This document shows positions 45,101-54,115 of a stretch of 64,000 bases of DNA, one piece after another (within the stretch, counting starts at the first letter, position 1; each line of letters starts with the position of its first letter). The translations under genes and the position numbers were made by a program. The notes beneath the pieces are model-generated. The model was not told the origin of the DNA. It did no database searches and was given only the letters and a program-made list of their open reading frames with translations. Source of the stretch: an uncultured Bacteroidota bacterium (lineage in GTDB: Bacteria > Bacteroidota > Bacteroidia > Chitinophagales > LD1); contig CAIOTH010000042.1 of assembly GCA_903861145.1 (NCBI GenBank), positions 98,236 through 162,235 of the forward strand, in the 5' to 3' direction.

Positions 45101-46890
45101 ATAATGCCCAACTGGTTAATAGCGGCCTTTATATTTTAACGGCCACCAATGCCTGTGGCAGTATTTCAGATTCGACGTCGGTATACATCGAAAATGGAAG
45201 TAGCCTAAATCTTGTTGCATCTTCATCGGCCACCAACGATTCGGCTTGCTTTGGTAATACCATCAACCTGTTTGCTACCGATAGTTTTGACAGTTACAAC
45301 TGGCTAGGCCCTAATGGTTTTGTTTCTTTCCTACAAAATCCAACTATTGTAAACGGCGCGGTTTCTCAATCCGGTGTTTATGTTGTTACGGCGCAAAATC
45401 ATTGCAGTTCACGTGCTGATTCGGTTCATATATACATTGATACCATACCACAGGGTTTACAGCTTACAACAAGTTCTGTAGGTAATGCTTCATGCCAGGG
45501 GCAGAGCATAACAGTTACCGCCGCTTCACCCGGCATAACCAATTGGTCGTGGACCGGTCCGGCTAACTTTAGTTCGAACCAGGCTTCATTTACCATTAAT
45601 AATATTCAACCTAACCAACAAGGTAACTATGTAGTAACCGCCACTAATAGTTGTGGTACTAATAACGACACCATTGTGGTTACCGTTTATACCCTGCCCG
45701 ATAGTTTGTTTGTGGGATACAGTGCCGATTCTATTTGCCCTGGCTTATCAGTAACCTTAAACGCGGCCCAGGGCCTTACTAATGTGGTTTGGAGTAACAG
45801 CCAAACCGGTAGTTCAATCAGTGCAACACAGCCGGGTTTATATTACTACACAGCACAGGATGCTAACAGTTGTACTGTTCATTCAGATAGCATAAACGTT
45901 TATAATGCTGTGCCGCCAACGCTTAATTTATTTAGCACCAACCCTACCTCTATTTGCCAGGGACAGCAAGTTGTGGTATTGCATGCAAGCTCCGATCTTT
46001 CTGAAACTTTTACATGGGGCCCAAGTGGTAGCACGGCTGATAGTTTGGTTGTAACTGCATCGGGTGTTTACAGCGTTGTTGCCGGAAAGAACGGATGCTT
46101 TACTGCCGACACTGTAACTATTGTTTTTGCACCAATACCAACAATTGCTTTTACTGATACAACCATAAATACCTGTTGCCTGAATGTTGAGTTTACACCT
46201 GTTGTAACCGGCGCTGTAGCTACCTACCAATGGTCGGACACTACAACTAATGCCACTGATGTATTGAGCCATACCGGAGTTTATACAGTAACTGTTACCA
46301 GTGATAAGAATTGTACAGCTAGTGGAACAATTAACTTTAATAAGGTATGTATATCTGCAACCGCGCTGGCTACTCCGGATTCGATTTTGCTTGAAGGGTC
46401 AGGCGGTTCATCCACTCTGAATGTTACTACACTGCTCAGCGGTAACTTCTCATACTTGTGGGTGCCTTCGGATAGTATACTTAATTACACCAGCAGCACT
46501 GTTACCGTAAGCCCTAAGCAAACTACTACATATACGGTGGTTGTTTATGACACTGTAAGCGGATGTACTGATACCACATCGGTTCAGGTGTATGTAAAGT
46601 ATGAATACAACTTTGCCGTGCCAAATGTGTTCTCACCTAATAATGATGGATTTAATGATACATGGGGTGTTATTACGCAAGGTGGTTTGGTTACTATTGA
46701 AGACATAAAGGTTTTTGACCGTTGGGGAGAAACCGTTTTTGATTCACAACGCGATGGCTCGCAAGACTGGAATGGTAAATACCAGGGCAAAGAGCAGTTA
46801 ATGGGTAACTACGTTTACCTGATTAAACTGAAGATTAATGCCACGAGCGAGGAAAAAGTTTTAAGAGGTAACCTCGCACTTATCAGGTAA
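42133..46890 (+). CDS. 1585-aa secreted adhesin-like protein with tandem Cys-containing Ig-like modules and T9SS type B (CHU_C/gliding-associated) C-terminal domain
   Basis: Signal peptide. N-terminal propeller-like region. At least 7 modules ending ...GxYxxTAxNxCG. C-terminus VPNVFSPNNDGFNDTW...WNGKYQGKEQLMGNYVYLIKL. Confidence 0.85.
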   Translation: MRNIYSLLAILLISGYSVFAQQTTFQAQYSFGSFSIPILTDIIQNPSGQYLMTGTDGTLPIRGTVTLIDSGANVIWSHEYVSSIQTEIVDVKNVAAGGYIVTGESNPGLMLMRLDASGNTIWSNTYHVASGVDEYASRVLPTSDGSFVVAGYVYSATPPGFSRQDSANCYIMKVNSAGALLWAKVVFCSTAYINDHVLNDVAESADGYVFVGSMSQGAADAAGTFGLVIKTDFNGNVMQIRHWGASGNDVEATSVSSLTTTTQLIGGDDNSESFVVKFNSGTISGGGYKYTGLFGGFPPYLNFNAVPTFDGNYAMIGMAPLGFESYIMKVNSTNGNLIWGEQYNGGFASLLPEGRQVADSGFIMVTTALGGNGYVYLVVKTNSTGQTPPAACSPPTSFSPTKAAYSPTYTSFTPDSITTTVASSFSPAVVIVHPTDSIHCIAIVCTAPPVPTTSSASPSTVCSGSPSTITGSGSGSVTYNVYATATGGNPIGVSPYVVNPTTTTTYYVEASSGSGCVSTSRQAVTITVTQGPGAVGSITGNTTPCVGAQAYSISAVTNATTYAWSVSGGGSITGGAGTTNITVTWTTAGGPYTVSVTASNSCGSATNSVAVTVGSAPGAATASVTPNPVCAGNNVTLNSSSSGATSYSWSGPGGFSSTLQNPAINGVLANQAGTYTVTASNACGSVTASASLVVNSKPSATTASASPNPACQGQTVNLTGGSTGETSWAWSGPQTYSSTLQSPSITNIQANQGGTYTLIATNTCGNDTATVNLVVNTKPTAVVATAFPNPVCVGDSVRLNGSATGAVSYSWTGPNSFTSAISNPLISSFVTADSGVYTLSATNTCGTTTGTVRVTIGTIPTAVTATASTTSTCFGTTIRLFGTASGATDFSWTGPNGFTSGQQNDSIVNSVVADSGAYVLTVSNGCGTATSTVVINVDTLIQNFSGYSRGGDTLCTAYQLTLDGVGQNINSWLWVGPNGFRTTSQDTVVNNAQLVNSGLYILTATNACGSISDSTSVYIENGSSLNLVASSSATNDSACFGNTINLFATDSFDSYNWLGPNGFVSFLQNPTIVNGAVSQSGVYVVTAQNHCSSRADSVHIYIDTIPQGLQLTTSSVGNASCQGQSITVTAASPGITNWSWTGPANFSSNQASFTINNIQPNQQGNYVVTATNSCGTNNDTIVVTVYTLPDSLFVGYSADSICPGLSVTLNAAQGLTNVVWSNSQTGSSISATQPGLYYYTAQDANSCTVHSDSINVYNAVPPTLNLFSTNPTSICQGQQVVVLHASSDLSETFTWGPSGSTADSLVVTASGVYSVVAGKNGCFTADTVTIVFAPIPTIAFTDTTINTCCLNVEFTPVVTGAVATYQWSDTTTNATDVLSHTGVYTVTVTSDKNCTASGTINFNKVCISATALATPDSILLEGSGGSSTLNVTTLLSGNFSYLWVPSDSILNYTSSTVTVSPKQTTTYTVVVYDTVSGCTDTTSVQVYVKYEYNFAVPNVFSPNNDGFNDTWGVITQGGLVTIEDIKVFDRWGETVFDSQRDGSQDWNGKYQGKEQLMGNYVYLIKLKINATSEEKVLRGNLALIR
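43978..45693 (+). repeat. seven tandem ~245-bp (about 82-aa) coding repeats inside the adhesin gene
   Basis: Residues 616-1187. Each unit has PNPvCxGxxvxLxg...SWsGPnGFsS...nxxxxxxGxYxvTAtNxCGt. The units are diverged at DNA level. Confidence 0.8.
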
Positions 46891-46894
46891 AATA

Positions 46895-47698
46895 ATGATG
46901 AAGATTTTGATTGTAGGCTCGGGTAATATGGGTAAAACCTATGCCCGCAGTTTTTTGGCATCCCGTTTTGTAACAGAAACAGACTTATTTATTCTGGACA
47001 AAAGCAGAGAGCAGGTTGAACCATTAACTGAAGTTAGCTCGCGCAATGTATTTGATAGCCCGGGGCCTTTTATTTCGGACGCAAATATCGTAATACTTGC
47101 GGTTAAGCCTCAAGACTTCCCCTTGTTAGCTAATCAGATAAAGCCATTTATTAAATCTGAGCAGCTGATTTTATCTATTATGGCCGGCATACAAATAAGC
47201 GCTATTATAACGGCACTTGGTGTCAACCGTGTTGTGCGCTGCATGCCTAATTTGCCGGCACAAATTGGTATGGGTATGACTGTTTTTACTTCTTCTGCAG
47301 GTATTGATAAAAGGGAGCTGTTTACTGTTCAGAACCTGATAAACACTACGGGCAAATCGATTTATGTTGAAGATGAAAACATGATTGACGCAGCTACTGC
47401 AATTTCAGGCAGTGGGCCTGCTTATGTTTACTATTTTATGGAAGCCATGATTCAAGCTGGGGTGAGCATGGGTTTTTCGCCTTCAGAGGCGGAATTATTG
47501 GTTAATCAAACGTTTATGGGTGCTGTGCACCTGCACAATCAAAACGAACTTACTTGCCAGGAATGGATAAAAAAGGTGGCCAGCAAAGGCGGAACGACCG
47601 AAGCTGCACTAAAAATTTTCGACCAGTTTGCTGTTGATGATAAAATCGGAGCAGGCCTGCTTGCAGCTTTTGAACGGGCCAAAGAATTAGGCAGTTAA
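46895..47698 (+). CDS. proC: pyrroline-5-carboxylate reductase
   Basis: ILIVGSGNMGKTYA Rossmann loop, AVKPQD, SGSGPAYVYYFMEAM and KGGTTEAAL. Starts 4 nt after the adhesin stop. Confidence 0.9.
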   Translation: MMKILIVGSGNMGKTYARSFLASRFVTETDLFILDKSREQVEPLTEVSSRNVFDSPGPFISDANIVILAVKPQDFPLLANQIKPFIKSEQLILSIMAGIQISAIITALGVNRVVRCMPNLPAQIGMGMTVFTSSAGIDKRELFTVQNLINTTGKSIYVEDENMIDAATAISGSGPAYVYYFMEAMIQAGVSMGFSPSEAELLVNQTFMGAVHLHNQNELTCQEWIKKVASKGGTTEAALKIFDQFAVDDKIGAGLLAAFERAKELGS

Positions 47699-47846
47699 AA
47701 TCACACTAATAAACCTTTGAGGGACTCAGCTTGACTAAAGTTCTTTATTTAGTTGAAATTCAATTAAATATATTAAGCCAAACCCAAGAAGTGTCAAAAA
47801 AGGCATCAATATTCTATACTTGCTTATAACAGTATTAACGGAATGA

Positions 47847-47854
47847 TATATTTG
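47847..47854 (+). promoter_or_regulatory. Bacteroidota -7 promoter box upstream of polysaccharide locus
   Basis: TATATTTG matches TAnnTTTG, 20 nt upstream of ATG 47874. A TTG lies about 24 nt further upstream. Confidence 0.45.
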
Positions 47855-47873
47855 CACAGATATTTTGGAAAGA

Positions 47874-48461
47874 ATGACCGAAAGAAAATATTTTGCCCAT
47901 GAAACTGCCATCATTGACGACGGTTGTGAGATAGGCGAGGGGACTAAAATATGGCATTTCAGTCATATAATGCCTGGCTGTGTTATTGGCGGGCATTGCA
48001 ATATTGGCCAAAACGTGGTTATCTCCCCCGAAGTGATTTTGGGAAATAACGTAAAAGTTCAGAATAACGTCTCAATATATACAGGTGTAACTTGCGAGGA
48101 TGATGTGTTTTTAGGCCCCTCTATGGTATTTACTAACGTTACTAACCCCCGTAGTGCAGTTAATCGAAGAGGCCAGTATTCAAAAACAGTAGTTAAAAGA
48201 GGGGCCTCAATAGGGGCCAATGCAACTATTGTTTGTGGGCACGATATAGGCGAGTTTGCCTTTATTGGTGCCGGTGCGGTTGTTACAAAGCATGTACCCC
48301 CTTATGCATTAGTGGTAGGCAACCCCGCAAAACAAATGGGATGGATGAGTGAGTTTGGCCATAAATTGCATTTTGACAAAGGGGGAGAAGCGATATGCCC
48401 CGAAAGTGGAGATAGATATATTTTAAAGGAGAATAATGTTTCAAAATTGAGCAAAGCATGA
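47874..48461 (+). CDS. left-handed beta-helix sugar N-acetyltransferase (WbpD/WlbB-like)
   Basis: Hexapeptide repeats ([37 protein letters not shown]...) and conserved [12 protein letters not shown] 47874 preferred over TTG 47865. Confidence 0.75.
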   Translation: MTERKYFAHETAIIDDGCEIGEGTKIWHFSHIMPGCVIGGHCNIGQNVVISPEVILGNNVKVQNNVSIYTGVTCEDDVFLGPSMVFTNVTNPRSAVNRRGQYSKTVVKRGASIGANATIVCGHDIGEFAFIGAGAVVTKHVPPYALVVGNPAKQMGWMSEFGHKLHFDKGGEAICPESGDRYILKENNVSKLSKA

Positions 48462-49747
48462 TACAAGAGTTATTAAGTAAGAAAAAAAAGCTGGCAGTTA
48501 TTGGCTTGGGCTATGTGGGTTTACCCATTGCGCTTGAGTTTGCAAAAAAGATTTCGGTAATAGGTTTTGATATTAACGAAAAACGGGTGGCTTTAATGAA
48601 TAAGCACATTGACCCGAGTAGTGAATTAGAGGAAAAGGATTTTGAAGGAGCTGATATTGAATTTACGGCAGACATTAACGTTTTGCGCGAAGCAAGTTTT
48701 TTCATTGTTGCAGTGCCCACCCCGGTTGATAAGCATAACGTGCCCGACTTAAAACCTGTTTTAAGTGCCTCGGCTACTATTGGCAAGGTTTTAAAAAAGG
48801 GAGACTATGTAGTGTTTGAATCTACTGTTTATCCCGGATGCACTGAAGATGATTGCTTACCTGTAATTGAACAACTATCGGGATTAAAAATGGGTGCCGA
48901 TTTTAAGGTTGGCTATTCTCCTGAAAGAATTAACCCAGGGGATAAGGAACATACAATTACCAAAATTAAAAAGGTTGTATCGGGCTGCGATGCTGAATCA
49001 CTGGATATTGTTGCCAGGGTTTATGAAATAATTGTTACCGCAGGCACGCATAGGGCCAGTTCTATAAAAGTAGCAGAGGCTGCTAAAATTATTGAAAACA
49101 CGCAGCGCGATTTGAATATTGCCCTAATGAACGAGCTATCGCGCATTTTCGATTTGATGGGCATTAATACTTACGAAGTGTTAGCTGCCGCCAGCACAAA
49201 GTGGAATTTCCTTAAGTTCTACCCGGGCTTAGTGGGTGGCCATTGCATTGGTGTAGACCCATATTATCTTACCTATAAATCGCTAGAGTTAGGATATAAC
49301 CCCGAGGTGATTTTAGCGGGTAGAAGAATTAATGATGATATGGGCGCCCATGTTGCCCGCAAGCTGGTACAACAGCTTATTAAATTAAACAAGCAGGTAA
49401 CCCTTACAAAGGTTTTAGTAGTGGGCGCAACGTTTAAAGAAAACGTGAGCGACATCCGAAACTCTAAAGTGGTGGATGTAATTGAGGAATTAAAAAGATA
49501 CTCGGTTCAAACCGAAGTTACTGACCCATTGGCAGATGCCGAGGAGTTTATGCATGAATACGGCATAACGCTGCGTAAAGATTTTGGTAGTGATTATGAT
49601 GCAGTTATTGTTGCTGTAAATCATGATCAATTCTCTACCCTTGATGATACATTCTTTAAAGGAATCTTAAAGCCGGATGGTATTGTGGTAGATGTAAAAG
49701 GAGATTTAAGAGACAGGATAAAAAACTTTAGTTACTGGTCATTATAA
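48458..49747 (+). CDS. UDP-N-acetyl-hexosamine 6-dehydrogenase family (TviB/WbpO/Cap5O-like nucleotide sugar dehydrogenase)
   Basis: [21 protein letters not shown] loop and catalytic [11 protein letters not shown]. The ATGA start overlaps the upstream stop. Confidence 0.8.
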   Translation: MIQELLSKKKKLAVIGLGYVGLPIALEFAKKISVIGFDINEKRVALMNKHIDPSSELEEKDFEGADIEFTADINVLREASFFIVAVPTPVDKHNVPDLKPVLSASATIGKVLKKGDYVVFESTVYPGCTEDDCLPVIEQLSGLKMGADFKVGYSPERINPGDKEHTITKIKKVVSGCDAESLDIVARVYEIIVTAGTHRASSIKVAEAAKIIENTQRDLNIALMNELSRIFDLMGINTYEVLAAASTKWNFLKFYPGLVGGHCIGVDPYYLTYKSLELGYNPEVILAGRRINDDMGAHVARKLVQQLIKLNKQVTLTKVLVVGATFKENVSDIRNSKVVDVIEELKRYSVQTEVTDPLADAEEFMHEYGITLRKDFGSDYDAVIVAVNHDQFSTLDDTFFKGILKPDGIVVDVKGDLRDRIKNFSYWSL

Positions 49748-49754
49748 TTGCGCT

Positions 49755-50822
49755 ATGAAAAAGATTTTAATTACCGGAGGAGCCGGTTTTATTGGTAGTC
49801 ATGTAGTAAGGCTTTTTGTAAATACTTACGCCGATTATGAGGTATATAACCTTGATAAGCTGACTTACGCGGGCAACCTTGAGAATTTGAAAGATGTTGA
49901 GAACAAGCCTAACTACAAATTTGTTTTGGGCGATATTACCGATGCAGAATTTATTAATAACCTTTTTGAAGAGCATAAGTTTTCAGCTGTAGTTCACCTT
50001 GCGGCTGAGAGCCATGTTGACCGCTCTATATCAAACCCGCTCGACTTTGTTTTTGCAAACGTTATAGGCACGGTTAATCTTTTAAACGCGGCTAAAAAAG
50101 CATGGGGATGTAATAAGGATAAACCGGTGCCAACCGACCGTATTTTCTATCATGTTTCTACCGATGAGGTTTATGGTTCGCTAGGCGAAACGGGATTCTT
50201 TTTAGAGACTACTCCGTACGATCCGCAATCGCCTTACTCGGCTTCCAAGGCAAGTTCTGACCACTTTGTTAGGGCTTATAATAACACGTACAATTTGCCG
50301 GTGGTTATTTCTAACTGCTCAAACAATTACGGCGCAAATCAGTTTCCTGAAAAGCTGATTCCGCTTTTTATCCATAACATTAAAACCAATAAAGCACTAC
50401 CTGTATATGGTGATGGTAAGTACACCCGAGATTGGTTGTGGGTAGCAGACCATGCCCGCGCAATTGATGTGATTTTACATAAAGGCGAACTAGGTGAAAC
50501 CTATAACATTGGTGGCTTTAATGAATGGCAAAATATTGAGCTTATTAAGCTGCTTTGTAAAATAATGGATAAGAAACTGGGCCGCGCGGAAGGTGAGTCT
50601 GAAAAGCTGATTACTTATGTAAAAGACCGCCCGGGCCACGACAAGCGCTATGCTATTGATGCCTCAAAATTAAACCAGAAACTGGGATGGAAGCCTTCGG
50701 TTACTTTTGAAGAAGGCCTGGAGAAAACAGTTGATTGGTATTTAGAAAATGAGGAGTGGCTAAGAAATGTTACATCTGGTGAATACCAGAAATACTACAC
50801 AGCGCAATACGCAACAAGATAA
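49755..50822 (+). CDS. rfbB: dTDP-glucose 4,6-dehydratase
   Basis: ILITGGAGFIGSHVVR, AAESHVDRS, STDEVYG, YSASKASSDH and RPGHDKRYAID. Confidence 0.9.
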   Translation: MKKILITGGAGFIGSHVVRLFVNTYADYEVYNLDKLTYAGNLENLKDVENKPNYKFVLGDITDAEFINNLFEEHKFSAVVHLAAESHVDRSISNPLDFVFANVIGTVNLLNAAKKAWGCNKDKPVPTDRIFYHVSTDEVYGSLGETGFFLETTPYDPQSPYSASKASSDHFVRAYNNTYNLPVVISNCSNNYGANQFPEKLIPLFIHNIKTNKALPVYGDGKYTRDWLWVADHARAIDVILHKGELGETYNIGGFNEWQNIELIKLLCKIMDKKLGRAEGESEKLITYVKDRPGHDKRYAIDASKLNQKLGWKPSVTFEEGLEKTVDWYLENEEWLRNVTSGEYQKYYTAQYATR

Positions 50823-50857
50823 GGACCCGGGATACCCCATAAAGTGATTGATGTAAC

Positions 50858-51853
50858 ATGTACGATATAAAATACCACGATAAAGACCTTTCTGATTTTT
50901 CATTTCTTGTTACCGGTGGTGCAGGTTTTATAGGGTCGAATATTGTTGAGTATTTACTGAAAAATGGTGCGAAGAAGGTAAGAGTACTTGATAATCTTGC
51001 TACCGGTCGTATTTCGAACCTTGACGGGTTTAAGGATAATCCTGCATTCGAATTTATTAATGGCGACATACGGGATTTGGCAACCTGCAGAAAAGCTTGC
51101 CTGGGTATCAATTATATATCGCACCAGGCAGCACTGGGCTCAGTTCCACGCTCAATTAAGGAGCCTGAAAATACCAATGCAGTTAATGTTGATGGCTTTG
51201 TAAACATGCTTATAGCGGCCAAGGATGAAAAGGTGAACAAATTTGTTTATGCATCTTCATCCTCGGTTTACGGCGACGAAAAATCATTGCCGAAAGTGGA
51301 GGAAAGAATTGGCAATCCCTTATCGCCCTATGCAGTAAGTAAATTTACAAACGAGCTTTACGCCAAGGTATTTCAAAATGTTTATGGCCTTCAAATAACC
51401 GGGCTTAGGTACTTTAATATTTTCGGCCCTAGGCAAGACCCTAATGGCGAGTATGCCGCTGTAATTCCGTTGTTTGTAAGCAAAATAATGAAGCGCGAAG
51501 AAGTATTTATTGATGGTGATGGTGAGCAGACACGCGATTTTACTTTTGTAGAAAACGCAGTGCAGGCAAATATTAAAGCCATGCTTGCTGAAGACAAAAC
51601 TGTAGAGGCCGGCGTGTTTAATATTGCCGTGGGCGAGAATTTTTCGGTTAACGGGCTTTACAATGAAATTCAAAGCTTACTTGGAAGTGACCATAAAGCT
51701 ACTTATCGCGAAACACGCAAAGGCGACGTAAGAAATTCTTTGGCCGATATTTCGAAAGCACAAGCACAAATAGGATATAACCCTCAGTTTTATTTTGGCA
51801 GGGGATTGACTATTACTGTTGATTATTTTAAAGAGCACTTTTCAAGAGATTAA
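50858..51853 (+). CDS. NAD-dependent UDP-sugar 4-epimerase family SDR (TviC/WbpP-like)
   Basis: FLVTGGAGFIGSNIVEYLL and catalytic SSSSVYG...YAVSKFTNELYA. Confidence 0.75.
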   Translation: MYDIKYHDKDLSDFSFLVTGGAGFIGSNIVEYLLKNGAKKVRVLDNLATGRISNLDGFKDNPAFEFINGDIRDLATCRKACLGINYISHQAALGSVPRSIKEPENTNAVNVDGFVNMLIAAKDEKVNKFVYASSSSVYGDEKSLPKVEERIGNPLSPYAVSKFTNELYAKVFQNVYGLQITGLRYFNIFGPRQDPNGEYAAVIPLFVSKIMKREEVFIDGDGEQTRDFTFVENAVQANIKAMLAEDKTVEAGVFNIAVGENFSVNGLYNEIQSLLGSDHKATYRETRKGDVRNSLADISKAQAQIGYNPQFYFGRGLTITVDYFKEHFSRD

Positions 51854-51854
51854 C

Positions 51855-51863
51855 GGGGGGGGG
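51855..51863. repeat. homopolymeric G9 tract
   Basis: Nine consecutive G starting 2 nt after stop codon 51851-51853, 71 nt upstream of the next start (51934). Confidence 0.9.
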
Positions 51864-51933
51864 TTAAGTCAACCTTTGCTTGTACATTGTACCAACTACC
51901 CAGAAAATTTATCTTCGCATAAATTAATGTCGA

Positions 51934-52698
51934 TTGTTTAACCGTCTGTTAGGTTTATTACGTGGTGAAAAGGAGGAGCCGGTGACACGGCTTTCGGATT
52001 ACAGCCAAATGGCCGTTGATATCCACTCGCATTTAATTCCCGGCATTGATGATGGGGTAAAAACCATTGATGACTCTGTATTTCTCCTCAGGCACCTGGA
52101 AGGGCTAGGCTTTAAAAAGGTAATTACATCACCTCACGTAATGGCCGATGGATATAACAATAGTCGGGAAACGATATTAAGCGGTAGGGATAAAGTACGT
52201 GAAGCAATTAAACAAAACTCGATTAATATTGAATTTGACGCCACCGGCGAATACAATATTGATGATGCAATGTATGAACGTATAGAGAAAAGGGAGTTGC
52301 TTCCCTTTGGAAAGAATTACATTATGGTGGAAATGCCATTTTTGGCCAAGCCCCCGATTATGGGTGATATTGTTTATAAACTTCAGATTGCGGGCTATAA
52401 AGTGATATTGGCGCATCCCGAGAGATATACCTACTTTCACGATAATGACTTTAGCAGTTATGAGTCATTAAAGGACCGAAATATTTTGTTTCAAATAAAT
52501 ATTGGCTCTCTATCAGGTATTTACGGAAAAGCAGCCAAATTTACTGCTGAGAGAATGATAGATGAAAACATGGTTGAGTTTGTTGGAACTGATATGCATG
52601 GAACGAAGCATCTTGAACTGCTTGATGCCTGTTTAGGATTAAAGTACCTGGACAGGATTTTAAATTACGATAAACTATTAAATAAAACCCTTTTATAG
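51934..52698 (+). CDS. PHP-family protein-tyrosine phosphatase (CpsB/CapC-like)
   Basis: VDIHSHLIPGIDDG, ITSPHV, LAHPERY and GTDMH metal-binding motifs. The TTG start at 51934 is uncertain; the next ATG is 52009. Confidence 0.75.
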   Translation: MFNRLLGLLRGEKEEPVTRLSDYSQMAVDIHSHLIPGIDDGVKTIDDSVFLLRHLEGLGFKKVITSPHVMADGYNNSRETILSGRDKVREAIKQNSINIEFDATGEYNIDDAMYERIEKRELLPFGKNYIMVEMPFLAKPPIMGDIVYKLQIAGYKVILAHPERYTYFHDNDFSSYESLKDRNILFQINIGSLSGIYGKAAKFTAERMIDENMVEFVGTDMHGTKHLELLDACLGLKYLDRILNYDKLLNKTLL

Positions 52699-52701
52699 CA
52701 T

Positions 52702-53259
52702 ATGCCGTTTATTGAGACCGGATTTAAAGGATTGAAAATTTTTGAGCCACGTGTTTTTGCTGATAGCCGGGGGTACTTTTTCGAAAGCTACAACAAAAAA
52801 TCTTTTGAAGAGGCGGGTATTAATGCCGATTTCGTTCAGGATAACGAATCGCGCTCTCAGCGTGGTGTTCTTCGTGGCTTGCATTATCAACTTGGCGAAA
52901 TGGCACAGGCCAAATTAATTAGGGTGGTAGATGGGGAGGTACTGGATGTTGTAGTAGATATTAGGGTAGGGTCGCCTACGTATGGCAAAAATTATGGTAT
53001 TGTGGTTAGTGCCGAAAACAAACGGCAGTTGTTTATACCCCGTGGATTTGCACATGGTTTTTTGGTGCTAAGCGATACCTGTATCTTTCAATATAAATGC
53101 GACAATTATTATTCGAAAGAAAGCGAAGGGGGCATACATTATAATGATCCTGCGTTAAATATTAATTGGGGCGCTGATATAAGCAATGCCACTGTTTCGG
53201 ATAAGGATTTGGTGCTCCCTCTCTTTAAAGATTGCGTAAACTCATTTGTGTTTGAATAA
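52702..53259 (+). CDS. rfbC: dTDP-4-dehydrorhamnose 3,5-epimerase
   Basis: FEPRVFADSRGYFFESYN, RGLHYQ, VVDIRVGSPTYG and PRGFAHGF. Confidence 0.9.
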   Translation: MPFIETGFKGLKIFEPRVFADSRGYFFESYNKKSFEEAGINADFVQDNESRSQRGVLRGLHYQLGEMAQAKLIRVVDGEVLDVVVDIRVGSPTYGKNYGIVVSAENKRQLFIPRGFAHGFLVLSDTCIFQYKCDNYYSKESEGGIHYNDPALNINWGADISNATVSDKDLVLPLFKDCVNSFVFE

Positions 53260-54113
53260 TGGAAAAAATATTGATAACCGGAGCCTACGGGCAATTAGGA
53301 AGCGAAGTAAAGGACATTTCGCAGAGTTTTCCAACTGCAACTTTCACATATACTGACAGAGATGATTTGGATATTACCGACGTTGATGCGGTTGTGAGAT
53401 TCATTGCAGAAGGGAAATTTACTACACTTATTAATTGTGCAGCCTACACCGCAGTTGATAAGGCTGAATCAGAAAAAGAAGTTGCTCAGGCAATTAATGG
53501 AACTGCTGCCGGAATATTGGCAAAAGCTTGCAAGGATGCTAATGCAAAATTTGTCCATGTTTCAACCGATTTTGTTTTTGATGGCACAATAGCGAGGCCG
53601 TTGCTTGAAGACGATGCGGTAAATCCATTAAGTGTTTACGGATCTACAAAGTTGGACGGCGAGAAGCTGGTTTTAGCAAATAACCCCGATGCGCTGATTA
53701 TTAGAACGTCGTGGGTGTATTCATCATTTGGAAATAATTTTGTAAAAACTGTCCTGCGCTTATGTAAAGAGCGCGAATCGTTAAATATTATTTTTGACCA
53801 GATTGGCACTCCAACCTATGCCAAAGACCTGGCTCGTGCAATTCTCGAAATTGCAACCGGTAAAGAATGGAAGTCCGGTTTGTATCATTATAGTAATGAG
53901 GGGGTGGCAAGTTGGTATGATTTTGCTATTGCTATACGCGATATTGCCGGGCTGAAAACCCCAATCTATCCTATAGAAACATCTCAATATCCCACGCCGG
54001 CAGTACGCCCTAAATATAGCGTGCTCAACAAAAAGAAATTTAAAGACACTTTTAAAATTAGTATTCCTTATTGGAGAGATAGCCTTGTTAACTGTATGCA
54101 AATAATTAAGTAG
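53259..54113 (+). CDS. rfbD: dTDP-4-dehydrorhamnose reductase
   Basis: ILITGAYGQLGSE, INCAAYTAVDKAE, YGSTKLDGE and PTPAVRPKYSVL. The ATG overlaps the rfbC stop (TAATG). Confidence 0.9.
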   Translation: MEKILITGAYGQLGSEVKDISQSFPTATFTYTDRDDLDITDVDAVVRFIAEGKFTTLINCAAYTAVDKAESEKEVAQAINGTAAGILAKACKDANAKFVHVSTDFVFDGTIARPLLEDDAVNPLSVYGSTKLDGEKLVLANNPDALIIRTSWVYSSFGNNFVKTVLRLCKERESLNIIFDQIGTPTYAKDLARAILEIATGKEWKSGLYHYSNEGVASWYDFAIAIRDIAGLKTPIYPIETSQYPTPAVRPKYSVLNKKKFKDTFKISIPYWRDSLVNCMQIIK

Positions 54114-54115
54114 TT

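Noticed and set aside
43978-45693. A regularly spaced ~245-bp DNA periodicity, checked as a possible CRISPR or satellite array.
   Set aside because: The repeats are diverged, in frame, and encode protein modules of a single long ORF. There are no short conserved direct repeats with unique spacers and no cas genes in the window.
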